The notes under the pieces are model-generated. The model ran no database searches. It had not been told where the DNA came from and was given only the letters and a program-made list of their open reading frames with translations. Shown here one piece after another: positions 27,810 to 37,084 of a DNA stretch of 64,000 bases (within the stretch, counting starts at the first letter, position 1; the number at the start of each line of letters is the position of its first letter). Made by a program: the position numbers and the translations under genes. The DNA comes from Mugil cephalus (taxonomy: Eukaryota): assembly GCF_022458985.1 (NCBI RefSeq), contig NC_061789.1, positions 11,479,707-11,543,706 of the forward strand, given 5' to 3'.

Positions 27810-27954
27810 CTTATGGAAATCATCAAACTGCACCGAGGCGACGGCTCCTCTGATCTTGGAAGCGATGGCTTTACAGGCATCTCCCACAAAGTCAGGAACT
27901 GAAAACAGAGTTGCTGCAGAAGCAGAGTCGGCCGGCAACTTGATGTCAAAGTGC
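27810..27954 (-). CDS. mvp: mvp copy 1, exon 11
   Basis: Acceptor ctcttcag|G, donor AAG|gttagt. Encodes (W)[48 protein letters not shown]. Confidence 0.85.
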
Positions 27955-28052
27955 CTGAAGAGGGAAACACAGTGAAGACCTGTGTTACAGATGATTGTGA
28001 TCATGAAATAGTAAAACCGGAGGTGTTTTCCGGCGTTGGACTGTGTGGTTAC

Positions 28053-28250
28053 CAGTTGTAGGAGAGCTGCAGCTGCAGGCGGGCGTGGTCCGCCGTCTCT
28101 ATGGTGATGATGTCAGTGAAGAAGTCTGGCCCCAGCAGGAGGCAGATGGCCTTGATGACGTTGGGCCTCTTCGGTTTGTCCCCGGACAGCGACAGCACGG
28201 TGAAATGCTCATCGGGTCCCAGCATCACCAAGTCCGGCCCAAACATCACC
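28053..28250 (-). CDS. mvp: mvp copy 1, exon 10
   Basis: Acceptor tgtctgcag|G, donor TG|gtaacc. Encodes (R)[65 protein letters not shown]. Confidence 0.85.
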
Positions 28251-28326
28251 CTGCAGACACAACACGATCAGCTCCTCTATCCAACCTCTACACCCAACAC
28301 CCACACAGTCAGGAGAGACGCCCCAC

Positions 28327-28562
28327 CTGGCTTTCTTCTCTCTGTAGTCGTACACCTGGACAGCGGCGTTGTGAGGGACCCTGTAGGAGACCACCCTGGT
28401 CTTCTCCCTCCGCCCGTCCTCTCCCATATTTTGGCGGTCGGAGCGGTCGGACAGCGGGTCGAGGCGGGCGGCCAGCAAGGCCTCGACCTTTGGAGGAAGC
28501 TCCTTCTCCCACAGCTCCTCATCCTGGGTCAGCATGTAGGTGTGACCGATCACCGCTCGCAC
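28327..28562 (-). CDS. mvp: mvp copy 1, exon 9
   Basis: Acceptor cctctcag|GTG, donor AG|gtgggg. Encodes [78 protein letters not shown]. Confidence 0.85.
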
Positions 28563-28633
28563 CTGAGAGGCCGACGGCACACGGTTAGCTCATAGTCACA
28601 TGAAGCCGGAGCAGAAAACCAGTTAGCTCGCAC

Positions 28634-28864
28634 CTTTCCAGTCTTGTTGTCCCTGACGTAGATCCCCTCGTTCTCGTCCAGGGGGATGGCCTCTTGCCTC
28701 AGCACCACCTCCACCGTGGCGGGGGGGACGTACTCGATGGGGCCCCGCAGCATCCAGCGGTCTCCGGGGCGACGGAGGATGCCGCTCCTCCGGGTGCGCT
28801 TAGGCCTGCTCTCCATGGCCCCCTCCTCTTCCTCCTCCTCCTCCTCGTAGTCCTGCTCCATGTG
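28634..28864 (-). CDS. mvp: mvp copy 1, exon 8 (carries a lineage-specific poly-Glu plus basic insertion)
   Basis: Acceptor tctctgccag|CAC, donor AAG|gtgcga. Encodes [77 protein letters not shown] (human ...[57 protein letters not shown]). Confidence 0.85.
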
Positions 28865-28924
28865 CTGGCAGAGAGAATGGGGCAGAGACAGGAGGGGGGT
28901 GGAAATAAAGGTTAATGTGGGGAT

Positions 28925-28975
28925 GCATTGGCGTGGAGGAGGAGAAGGAGGAGGAGATGGAGGAGGAGAGGGGAT
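28925..28975. repeat. 12-bp minisatellite (ggaggaggagaa)n in mvp intron 7, 3 units here versus 6 in the paralog at 46525-46612
   Basis: Unit 1 reads ggaggaggagaa ggaggaggagat ggaggaggagag. Unit 2 has ggaggaggagaa five times, then ggaggaggagag. Confidence 0.8.
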
Positions 28976-30371
28976 CGGAGGAAGGCACTGATTAAAAACA
29001 ACAGAGTAAGTGAAAAAATAAAGCGATGGAGTAATAAAAAGAAGAAGAAATGAACGGAGGGACGTCGGGAGAGAAACAAAGAAAAGTGTGTGATGAGTTA
29101 GCAGGAAGAAAAAATGAGGACTTTGACACGATGTCACCTGACCCACAGGTGTGTCTCACCTTTCTACCTACATACCAGAGCTGCTTTAAGAACGTACAGG
29201 TGGTCTTTCTTCCAGACACGCCTCTGTGAAAGCACTATTTGATTTTCTAATCTCCTCCACCTGCTGCTTGAGGACCGGTTACACAAGATCAATGGTGCAA
29301 TGTACATCTCCTCCACCTGTCACTGCAGCAGCTCCTCACACAGAGGACGGACGGGGTTAATGTGTTTGAGCTGGGCGTTGACTGTCAGATTCCTGTAGTT
29401 CACCGGGACAAAGTGCGCAAGGGGCGAATGGCAGGGTGAAGAAATCTAAGCCACGCTGCAGTGAAATATGACAGCAGCTCAACCAAGATGCTCCTGCTAC
29501 ATAACAATCAGGGTGACCCCTCTGCTTCCCACCACTTAGTGACAGCAATGTGTCACTCAGTCGTTTAACAAGCTCCAACCCCAAAATGCAGCGTTTTTGT
29601 GCAAATATCGAATCAAAAAGTGTCAAAAAGTCTACATTTTAATTAGACTTGATGTCAATTTCATTGTTCTTTTTATTGTGTTAAACTTTTCTTATTTTTA
29701 ATAGGGCTGGGCGGTATGACAAAAAAATTATTTTTTTGTTCACAACATTTTCTACGGGTTGAGAGAGGAGTTAATACAGGAGATTGACTGAGGATGGACT
29801 ATTTTACTGCGATTATGGGTAAATGTTGGTGTGGAAATTTACAGCTCAGAGATAAAAAACTAATTAAATGTCATTAATATAACATGAAGAAACAAGGACA
29901 ATTATTGTTTCATTTATTTTTACATATTTATTCATATTTAAACTACTATATCTGTAATGTTCATAGCAGCGCAGATGGCTACTGTAATAGTTGTAGTCTG
30001 CGCGCAACATTTTTTTGTCATTCATAAAAGATAAAATTGGGGACACTTCCTGGGATCTCGGTGATAATAAAACCAACTTGAGGCTTTAAACCTGTTCTTG
30101 TTGCAGCTTCGTGTTTCCTGAACTTTTAGCCTGTCTGGCGTCCTGTTGTTTCGTGCAGCTTTACGTACGCATGATGAACCACATTGGTTTCAGCTTGTTA
30201 CACTGTAGTAGATTTGATTCAGTTATTGAAAACAAATCAAACCAACACAGTGGTAACATCTGAATCGCCACCGGGGCCACTTTGTCCCGGAAAAGTTGGA
30301 CCCCGAGGTCAAAAAGTTTGAAGACACCTGCTCTATAGGACGTCCACTTTTCCGAATCAGTCTGCCCTCAC

Positions 30372-30497
30372 CTCCTCGGTGTCGGTGAAGGCCTCCACGG
30401 CTCGCAGCACCAGGCCCTCCTCCTCCGACAGCACGTACACGTCCTGGATGCCCTGTTCAAGATGCTCACCCGGCTGCAGGAAAAAGGAGCGCTCACC
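30372..30497 (-). CDS. mvp: mvp copy 1, exon 7
   Basis: Acceptor cctccttccag|GGT, donor GAG|gtgagg. Encodes [42 protein letters not shown]. Confidence 0.85.
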
Positions 30498-30586
30498 CTG
30501 GAAGGAGGTAGATTAGTGTTTTTTTTGATTGATTGGGTATGTGACTTTACTATAAACACTAAACACTGTATCCGGAGGCATCTCAC

Positions 30587-30823
30587 CTTCACCACCTTCT
30601 TCTTTCCCAGCTGAGGCTTGCCGTCGTGCCCGACCGGGTCCAGGATCACGCAGTACTGCCTGCTGCTCAGGGTGGTCACGTTTACCACGCCCACCACCTC
30701 CTCCGCCACAGAGGGGATGTGGGCCTCCCTGTCGGCCATGGTGACCAGCCACTCCTCCCCCGTGCGGCGGTCCTGTCCGCCGGCGTCTTTGAAGGGCCGC
30801 AGGGCGCGGACGTGCAGCGCTTT
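30587..30823 (-). CDS. mvp: mvp copy 1, exon 6
   Basis: Acceptor gcgcctccag|AAA, donor AAG|gtgaga. 237 nt encoding [79 protein letters not shown]. Confidence 0.85.
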
Positions 30824-31191
30824 CTGGAGGCGCAGCAAAGATATGTCAGACGGTCCGCAGCTGTTTGTGAACGCACCATAATTGAAGTTTCTAAGAGCTG
30901 CGTCCAGGCACATATATAATTAGAAGTGTCTCCGTCATAAAGATGCTGCTGAGACGTTAATAACCACTGTTTTATCTACAATCCTGTTCTCAACCGTTCT
31001 GTTGTTTATTCACTTCTGGGTTTGTAAAATAGGAAGTAGCAAGAAATCTATGTCACAGTTCCGCAGTTTTTTTATACATGTCACCTGAGCCACATAGTGG
31101 TAACCACATGATTCTTACTTGGCCGTGAAAACAGGAAGTGGCCTCTATCTTTACAGCAAGTGGAAACAGAAACAGATGAAGCGGAGAGTCA

Positions 31192-31286
31192 CCTTGTCGG
31201 TGAGGATGAAGGCGTTGACGATGTCGATGACCTCCTCGTGAGCACCTGGAAGGTACGCGCCCACTTTGCAGACCAGCCACTCGTCG
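31192..31286 (-). CDS. mvp: mvp copy 1, exon 5
   Basis: Acceptor aaatgtgcag|GC, donor AAG|gtgact. Encodes (G)[31 protein letters not shown]. Confidence 0.85.
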
Positions 31287-31437
31287 CCTGCACATTTAGC
31301 CACGAGTGGGAAAAAAAAAACGTGACAGGAAGGAGAAGAGAAAGAAACCTTAAATCTTTGTCTTTCTAATCTATTGTTGGTATTATGTGAAGTGTTCTGT
31401 GTGAAGAAAGTTTGATTTTTGTGTGTGTGTCTGTTAC

Positions 31438-31569
31438 CTGTGACCCTCTGGACTCCGCCTCGGTCTTTGCCCTCCTTGCGAGCTCTCAGCCTGATGGCCT
31501 GGTTCTCTCGGATCACTGTGGCCTTGATGGTCTCCAGAACCGCCACCTCCTTCCTGGGGATGTAGGTCC
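31438..31569 (-). CDS. mvp: mvp copy 1, exon 4
   Basis: Acceptor ttcttccag|GG, donor ACAG|gtaaca. Encodes (G)[43 protein letters not shown]. Confidence 0.85.
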
Positions 31570-31821
31570 CTGGAAGAAAACCAGATGTTGTTAGTGGGGA
31601 TCTTTGGGTCCTATGGGTTGAGGGGAGGGGCCTCTGTGGGTCATCTCACAGATACTTGATCAGTTTGGGATCTGGTGAATTGGATTTCAGGAACGATGGG
31701 GCTGATCTGTTCAGAAATCTGGAGGAAAAATATTCCTTGGGGAAAACATCAAGAATAAAAGAAAGTGACCAAAAGGCTTGAAGATGCACTGAGAGTTTTT
31801 CCAGGAGCTGTGGGATCCCAC

Positions 31822-31945
31822 CTGGTCCTTCGAACAACCACTCGTCTCCGGCCACTCTCTTCTCCCCTCCCGCCTCCTCAAAGTCCAGCAGAGCCTGCAG
31901 ACGCAGCGCCGTGTCCGGATACACGATCTGCAGAGGTGTCGGATC
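31822..31945 (-). CDS. mvp: mvp copy 1, exon 3
   Basis: Acceptor ttctccttcag|GAT, donor CCAG|gtggga. Encodes [41 protein letters not shown]. Confidence 0.85.
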
Positions 31946-32073
31946 CTGAAGGAGAAAAACAAACAAACAAAAAAAAAGATTACCTTTCTCAACGTAGTTT
32001 CTCTTTATTTAAAGACTGACTTTTATTCTAATCTTTTGATTACAATAATCTAAAGCCTGGTTTCCATGCCAAC

Positions 32074-32269
32074 CTTCTGGATCTCCTCTCCTGGGTACAG
32101 AGGGAACGGGTCCTGCGTCAGGCGGATCTCCAGGTCGGCGTGACGCAGCTTGGCTTGACCCGATTGGTCAAACAAAACCTGGCCGTTGTCGTCACGGGCA
32201 ACGGGGTTGGCGATAACGCAGTAGTGACGCGGTGCAACCATCGTCATACGAACCGGTAAAAAGAGCACT
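32074..32269 (-). CDS. mvp: mvp copy 1, exon 2
   Basis: Acceptor ttttttaacag|A, donor AAG|gttggc. Encodes (R)[65 protein letters not shown]. Confidence 0.85.
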
Positions 32270-32408
32270 CTGTTAAAAAAGAAAAAAAAGAAACTGATGT
32301 TAAATTCTGATTTGAATAAGAGATGTGAGACACTGACTGGAAATGGAGCTGAAACTACATGAAAGACAATCAAACTCCAGCAGCTACAACACAGAGAGTC
32401 TGTCCCAC

Positions 32409-32527
32409 CTCTCATTGTCCTGGCGGATGTAGGTGAGTGGTCCAACCTCCACGCGGGCGATGTTGGTGTTCTGGTCCAGGACGTGGATATAGTGATGAGG
32501 AGGGATGCGGATGATGGATGCATCCAT
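32409..32527 (-). CDS. mvp: mvp copy 1, first coding exon (start codon ambiguous)
   Basis: Donor GAG AG|gtggga. The ATG at 32525-32527 gives [39 protein letters not shown] (human [41 protein letters not shown]). In-frame ATGs also lie upstream at 32537-32539 (MEAL, not conserved in the other copies) and 32570-32575 (MMSKK...). A candidate acceptor cctgtgcag sits at 32588-32596, so the true start may be [12 protein letters not shown]..., which would put the exon's upper end near 32575-32587. Confidence 0.7.
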
Positions 32528-32639
32528 CAGGGCTTCCATCTCAGGCCCACGGTTTCCACCCTTCTTAGACATCATGGCAAAGAAACGCTGCACAGGAACA
32601 GAAACATGTGGAGGGCTTTAGGTCCACGCCATGTACGGA

Positions 32640-33180
32640 TTCCACTGAACACCCCGACCCCTACGGCTAAACTGACTGTTGATACGAACACAGACAAAAG
32701 AAGCAAGTACGAACAGACAAAGAATGCAAAAAAAAAAAGATTCAAAAAGACACAAAAAAAGACCCCAAACACACAAAAAATTATCATCAAGTTGCAAAAA
32801 GCAGCCACAACGACACAAATAACCAGAAACTGACAAAATACAATGACAACAGATGAAAAAAACAAAACTCAATAATGAAAATACAATGTGGGCACATAAA
32901 ACACCCACAAAGATAAAAACACAAAAAAACAAAACAACTTCAAAGATGCAAAAGAAGCACACCTGGTAATATCTAAAAAACAACCTCAAAGTTGAAAAAA
33001 AATAAGATCTCAGACACAAAAACAACCACAAGAAAGTAGAAAACCCCACAAAGATGCACAAAACAACCACTACAAAGCCAAAAAAGATCTCAAAGACAAA
33101 AGAACAACCAAAAACACATAGAAATGCAACAGAAGGAGAAAAAAATATGTAAAAACAACAACAACAAAAAACATTAAAGG
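32640..33180. repeat. A-rich low-complexity tract (degenerate CAAAAA/ACAAAA repeats) immediately 5' of mvp exon 1
   Basis: Visible as caaaaagacacaaaaaaagaccccaaacacacaaaaaatt... and it generates the spurious F/L-rich minus-strand ORFs 32572..33070. The paralogous tract is at about 50290..50830. Confidence 0.7.
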
Positions 33181-34780
33181 GTCTTTATTCTTTTATGCGC
33201 CAATATTCATCATTGTGAATGAATGTGTGGATGTTCTGTCTCCATATCTCAACCACGAGTCTAACTGATGACAGATCAATGGACGACAGATTAACTGAGT
33301 TTATAAGACAAGCTCTGGTTTCATTCATTTTTATCAGTTTAAAGTCAACTAAACAAAGTTGAGCGTGTCCACTTGGGTGAACACTGAGATCACAGAGAAG
33401 TGCAAGAAAAAAAAAAAAGAACAGAGACACACCTTGGTGCAAAGTCAACCCCAGACGGGTTTATCTCGTTTATCTTGTGACACAATCGACGATTGTTGCT
33501 GATTGAATAGTACGAGTCAGTTTACTGAGCATCAGAACGACATCTGAGCGTCAGCAAGACACAATCTGGGGCCAGTAACCAATGGGACGGTCGATGGGAA
33601 AATAAGACGGGGAAATAATGTGATGGACGTCTGTTGCAAATGCGTCAAGAGAAAATGTCATGAATCAGCTCTTCTCACCGCTATCATAAAAGTCTTTAAG
33701 AATACATGCAGCTCATGTGACAAACACGAATCAGTGCATCAATAGAAAAATCAAAAAGACTTAATCGGAATCTACCTGGACAACGTATGTGCATGTAAAC
33801 ACGTAACTCCGACTAAAATCAGAGTTCTCTTTATCCAATTAAGACGCCCAGATAATGTGATTGGAATTCGGTTTTCTCTGCCATGTATACGCCTTAATCA
33901 GACTACAATCGGATAACGCATGTTGCTCCACAACCGCTGCACTGGCACGTGACCCCTGAACAAAAACATTGAAGAAAGCCGATCGCAGAAGAAGTTATTA
34001 GATTTTTTTTTCGGTGCATGTAAACTCGGACAAGGACTGTAGTCAGAAAGTCGAGTTTTGAGCATAGCTCGGTTAAGCTCTGCATGTAAATGCACTGACT
34101 GTTTGGACTCAGCCCATTCAAGGCTGCATGGCTCCTTTTGTTCCCCAGACAAAGAAGGTCTTTGAACTCAACCTCCCAGCAGCCTTCACCTTTTTACACC
34201 TAGGTGTGAAACCTCCACTCTTGACCCCCATTGGTCACTGTGTGGCCAAAACCTCTGAGGTCATCGAGCCAATAAAAGGGGGGGGGGCGCTTCCCCTTAC
34301 TCTCTTCTCTTAAGCTGTATTTCCATACACAGCCTACCTCTACACCACTGCGCACCACAAACTTTAAATCGACATTTCCGTTGATAGAAGGTGGGCCAAA
34401 CGAGGCCAAAGGGATACTTTTCCAGGACTTAAAAGTACCTCCTCTGTGGTTGGGCCGAAGTAGGTGAATTGGAGTTGAAAATGTGAAGTAAAATGCTGCT
34501 TACTACTGATTGGTTAGAAGAAAAAAAAAATTGTCACGATGCAGCGCCAGGTACAAAGCTGGATGTTTTGACCAGACGGACACTCCTAAGCAATGGAAAA
34601 GGTAGTTAAAAAAAGGTGGTGAGATGTGGAGTTGTTTAGCGGTAGGCTGCATATGGAAATCTGGGCCTAGTTAGCTTATCTTGCACATAACTTGACCAAG
34701 CATAGAATACTTCAACCTTGCCAATGTATGTATTGATTGAAACTGGTAAAATACTTTAGCTCATGACTGTTGTCTATAGA

Positions 34781-34952
34781 CCAGTGTTTCCCAGTCCTGC
34801 ATGTTTTAGATGTTTTCCTCCTCCACCACACCTGATTCAAATGAGTGGCTCGTTATCAGGCCACTGATCATTTGAATCAGGTGTGTTGGAGCAGGAAACA
34901 TCTAAAACATGCAGGGCAGTGTTCCTCGAGGACCAGGATTGGGAAACACTGG
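34781..34952. mobile_element. hAT-like palindromic MITE (172 bp) with 8-bp target-site duplication
   Basis: Termini CCAGTGTTTCCCAGTCCTG...CAGGATTGGGAAACACTGG are perfect inverted repeats, and the whole element is a near-perfect hairpin. It is flanked by TCTATAGA (34773-34780) and TCTATAGT (34953-34960). The paralog at 52385-52556 has a TIR point change (CCGGTG). Confidence 0.7.
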
Positions 34953-35442
34953 TCTATAGTCTATAGTCAGTAAACCTGTAACTTGAATTTGAAAATCGTG
35001 GTGAACAAAGGACACACCTTTGTTCCCCTCACATCACATGTTGGCCTTAGCGTCCATCATGGAGACCAGTTGTTTGTAAACCTCTTTGTCTCTGGACCTT
35101 TCGCATTGTTTCCCTCACATAGACACTTGGCTTCTTCACACTAACACACACATATCCACATGTGTACATAGTTAAGTGTTTAAAGTTTTGTTATTTCAGT
35201 TTTTAGATGTGTCGGATAAAATTCCTTGAAACTTGAAACGTTGCTCATCTGTTAATGTTGTAGAGGAGTGAATGTGCCAACCTCTACACTGTAGAACCCT
35301 TGAATCCTTCAAATTTGCTACTATTAATAAGGTAATATTGTTTGTGATTATTAAGTTAATTATTAAGTTAATTAACAACATTCAGTGTTAATAGTTAGCA
35401 AACCCACCTTTATGAGACAGATTTGTTAAATAACTGAATTTT

Positions 35443-35565
35443 GATTAATTTCTGACTTTTAATTCTTCATATGTCAGTGATGGCATCACAATTTTTCATA
35501 AAAAAATAAAATAAAATAACATAAAAACACTGACATATAAAGGGTTAAAAGTCAGAAATTTATCA
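35443..35565. repeat. Imperfect palindrome, MITE-like (~37-bp arms at ~85% identity around a ~48-bp A-rich spacer)
   Basis: Left arm gattaatttctgacttttaattcttcatatgtcagtg; the right arm cactgacatataaagggttaaaagtcagaaatttatc is its reverse complement. The deletion junction of truncated copy 3 (38722) maps to the inner edge of the right arm. Paralog at about 53043-53165. Confidence 0.55.
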
Positions 35566-36197
35566 AACTTTTGGTATTATACTTAGTAAAGAAGTGGATT
35601 AAATGATTCAGGTTAAAAAGTAGAAAAAAATATTGAATTAAATATTATATTAAATTAAAATATGCTATATAATATGCTTCAGGGCATTTTTGTCCCTTAA
35701 TGGTAACAACGTAATAATTTTATAATCAGGTATGAGGATTAAATTCTCCCTGAAGCAGAATAAATAGGTGTGTATGACTTTTACTTGGAAACCCTCCCTC
35801 TGAGGTCATTAAACAGCTGATTCATGCAAAGGCAAAAATACACTCCAAAGAGCCTGCTCCTTTCTAAACCATGGTCCGGACGAATCTCAACAGACAGTAC
35901 GCATCTTTACATTGCATCCTGGTTTACACTCAACACCAGTAAACAGCAAACAAAAAAAAGAAACTGCCAAACCACTTCCGCATGATATACCTCAACGACA
36001 AACTGCATGAGAAATAGTGTTCATGTAAATTCCCAGGCCTCGCAAAAGACAAACATTGACATTTATACGATTTACAGGCTTTAGGATTTACATAAATGTT
36101 TCATATTTATTTTTAATATTTAACCCGTGAATCCAAAGGGAGATTGCAGAGAAGAGTTGTGGAGAAGACGCACTCGGAAATTGCTCCAGCGTCTTAC

Positions 36198-36355
36198 CTG
36201 TGCTCTTTGCGGCTGTACGGGAAGACGTGCGGCCGAATCCGGGCGGAAAGAGTCAATTTTAAGAAAATGAGAATAAGTTCACAGAGTAAGAGGCCGCAGA
36301 CGGAAAGGAGATTCGTCTGACGGGAAATGTGTGTCGTGTGGGCGTCAGCAACAGT
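36198..36355 (-). promoter_or_regulatory. mvp: Candidate mvp promoter and non-coding first exon (element Y, copy Y1)
   Basis: The minus strand reads ...GCCGCACGTCTTCCCGTACAGCCGCAAAGAGCACAG|gtaagacg with a consensus donor. Just upstream lie CACGTG, TGACGgg and GC-rich motifs. It sits 3.6 kb 5' of the mvp exon 1 acceptor, and human MVP also has a non-coding first exon. The element recurs four times, always 5' of an mvp copy or fragment. Confidence 0.35.
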
Positions 36356-36900
36356 CACGTGGGTAAAAAAATAAATATAGAAAATAAATGAGAAAACATT
36401 TATGAGACAACATAAGAAACGTAGACAGTCTTCAGATACTTATATTATACGGTCTCCTTATGAATAAAAGAAAAGTTCTGAGTAATTTTTAATTATCGAG
36501 CAGCGATTAGTTAACGTGACTTCCGCTTTCGAGATCCGGCGGAATAAAGACATTTAACAGCCTACTGAAAATAAATTTCCTTTTATGAACTTGCACTTGG
36601 AATATTTAGTAACTTACAATTGGAACATTTATTAAATAACAATTTTTTAAAAATATAGTTGAATTTTATGTTTTTTTTTTAATTTTTATTAAAATGTTTA
36701 TTATTCTTATCTGTCATTTTATTATTCTTACTTATGTGATTATTTCCAAAAATATATATACATTGACATTATTTTTAAAATATTATCTATCATTATTATT
36801 TATAATTTGTTATTGTTTTTTAAAATATACATTTTGTTTAATCTCACGTACCCCCTGGAGTACCTTCAAGTAGTATATACGGTCAATGATACCCCCAGGA
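36356..36900. repeat. AT-rich element A', second copy of the mvp 3'-flank element at 23740-24260 (also at 41340-41860 and 53950-54480)
   Basis: Shared string gaaatatagaaaataaat...aacgtagacagtcttaagatac...cgagcagcgattagctaacgtgacttccgctttcgagatccggc...gaacttggacttggaatatt... The Y1|A' boundary at about 36355 marks the older tandem-duplication junction. Confidence 0.7.
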
Positions 36901-37084
36901 CATTTTGAGAACCATGATCTCCATACATCCACTGAATATCACCCTACTGTATACCCACTGTTGTAGTTGATTTTAAGTAGTGCAAGTATTTTAAACTTTG
37001 TAAAGAAAGTAGAACGTTCCATAAATAAAAAAAATAAAAAAAAAAGAGAGAAAACACCTCAGTAAAGTGTCAGTTTTTAAAATT

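Noticed and set aside
28043-28595. Long plus-strand ORFs across mvp exons (28043..28588, 28101..28595, 45479..46186 of 235 aa, 45699..46193)
   Set aside because: They run antisense to well-supported, conserved mvp coding exons, are Arg/Pro/Gly-rich, and have no homology. They are read-through artefacts of GC-rich coding sequence.
32572-33070. Minus-strand ORFs of 97-150 aa upstream of mvp exon 1 (and paralogs at 50215..50577, 50613..50822)
   Set aside because: They are translations of the A-rich CAAAAA-type repeat (poly-F/L/C on the opposite strand); they are not conserved between units in frame, and they are low complexity.
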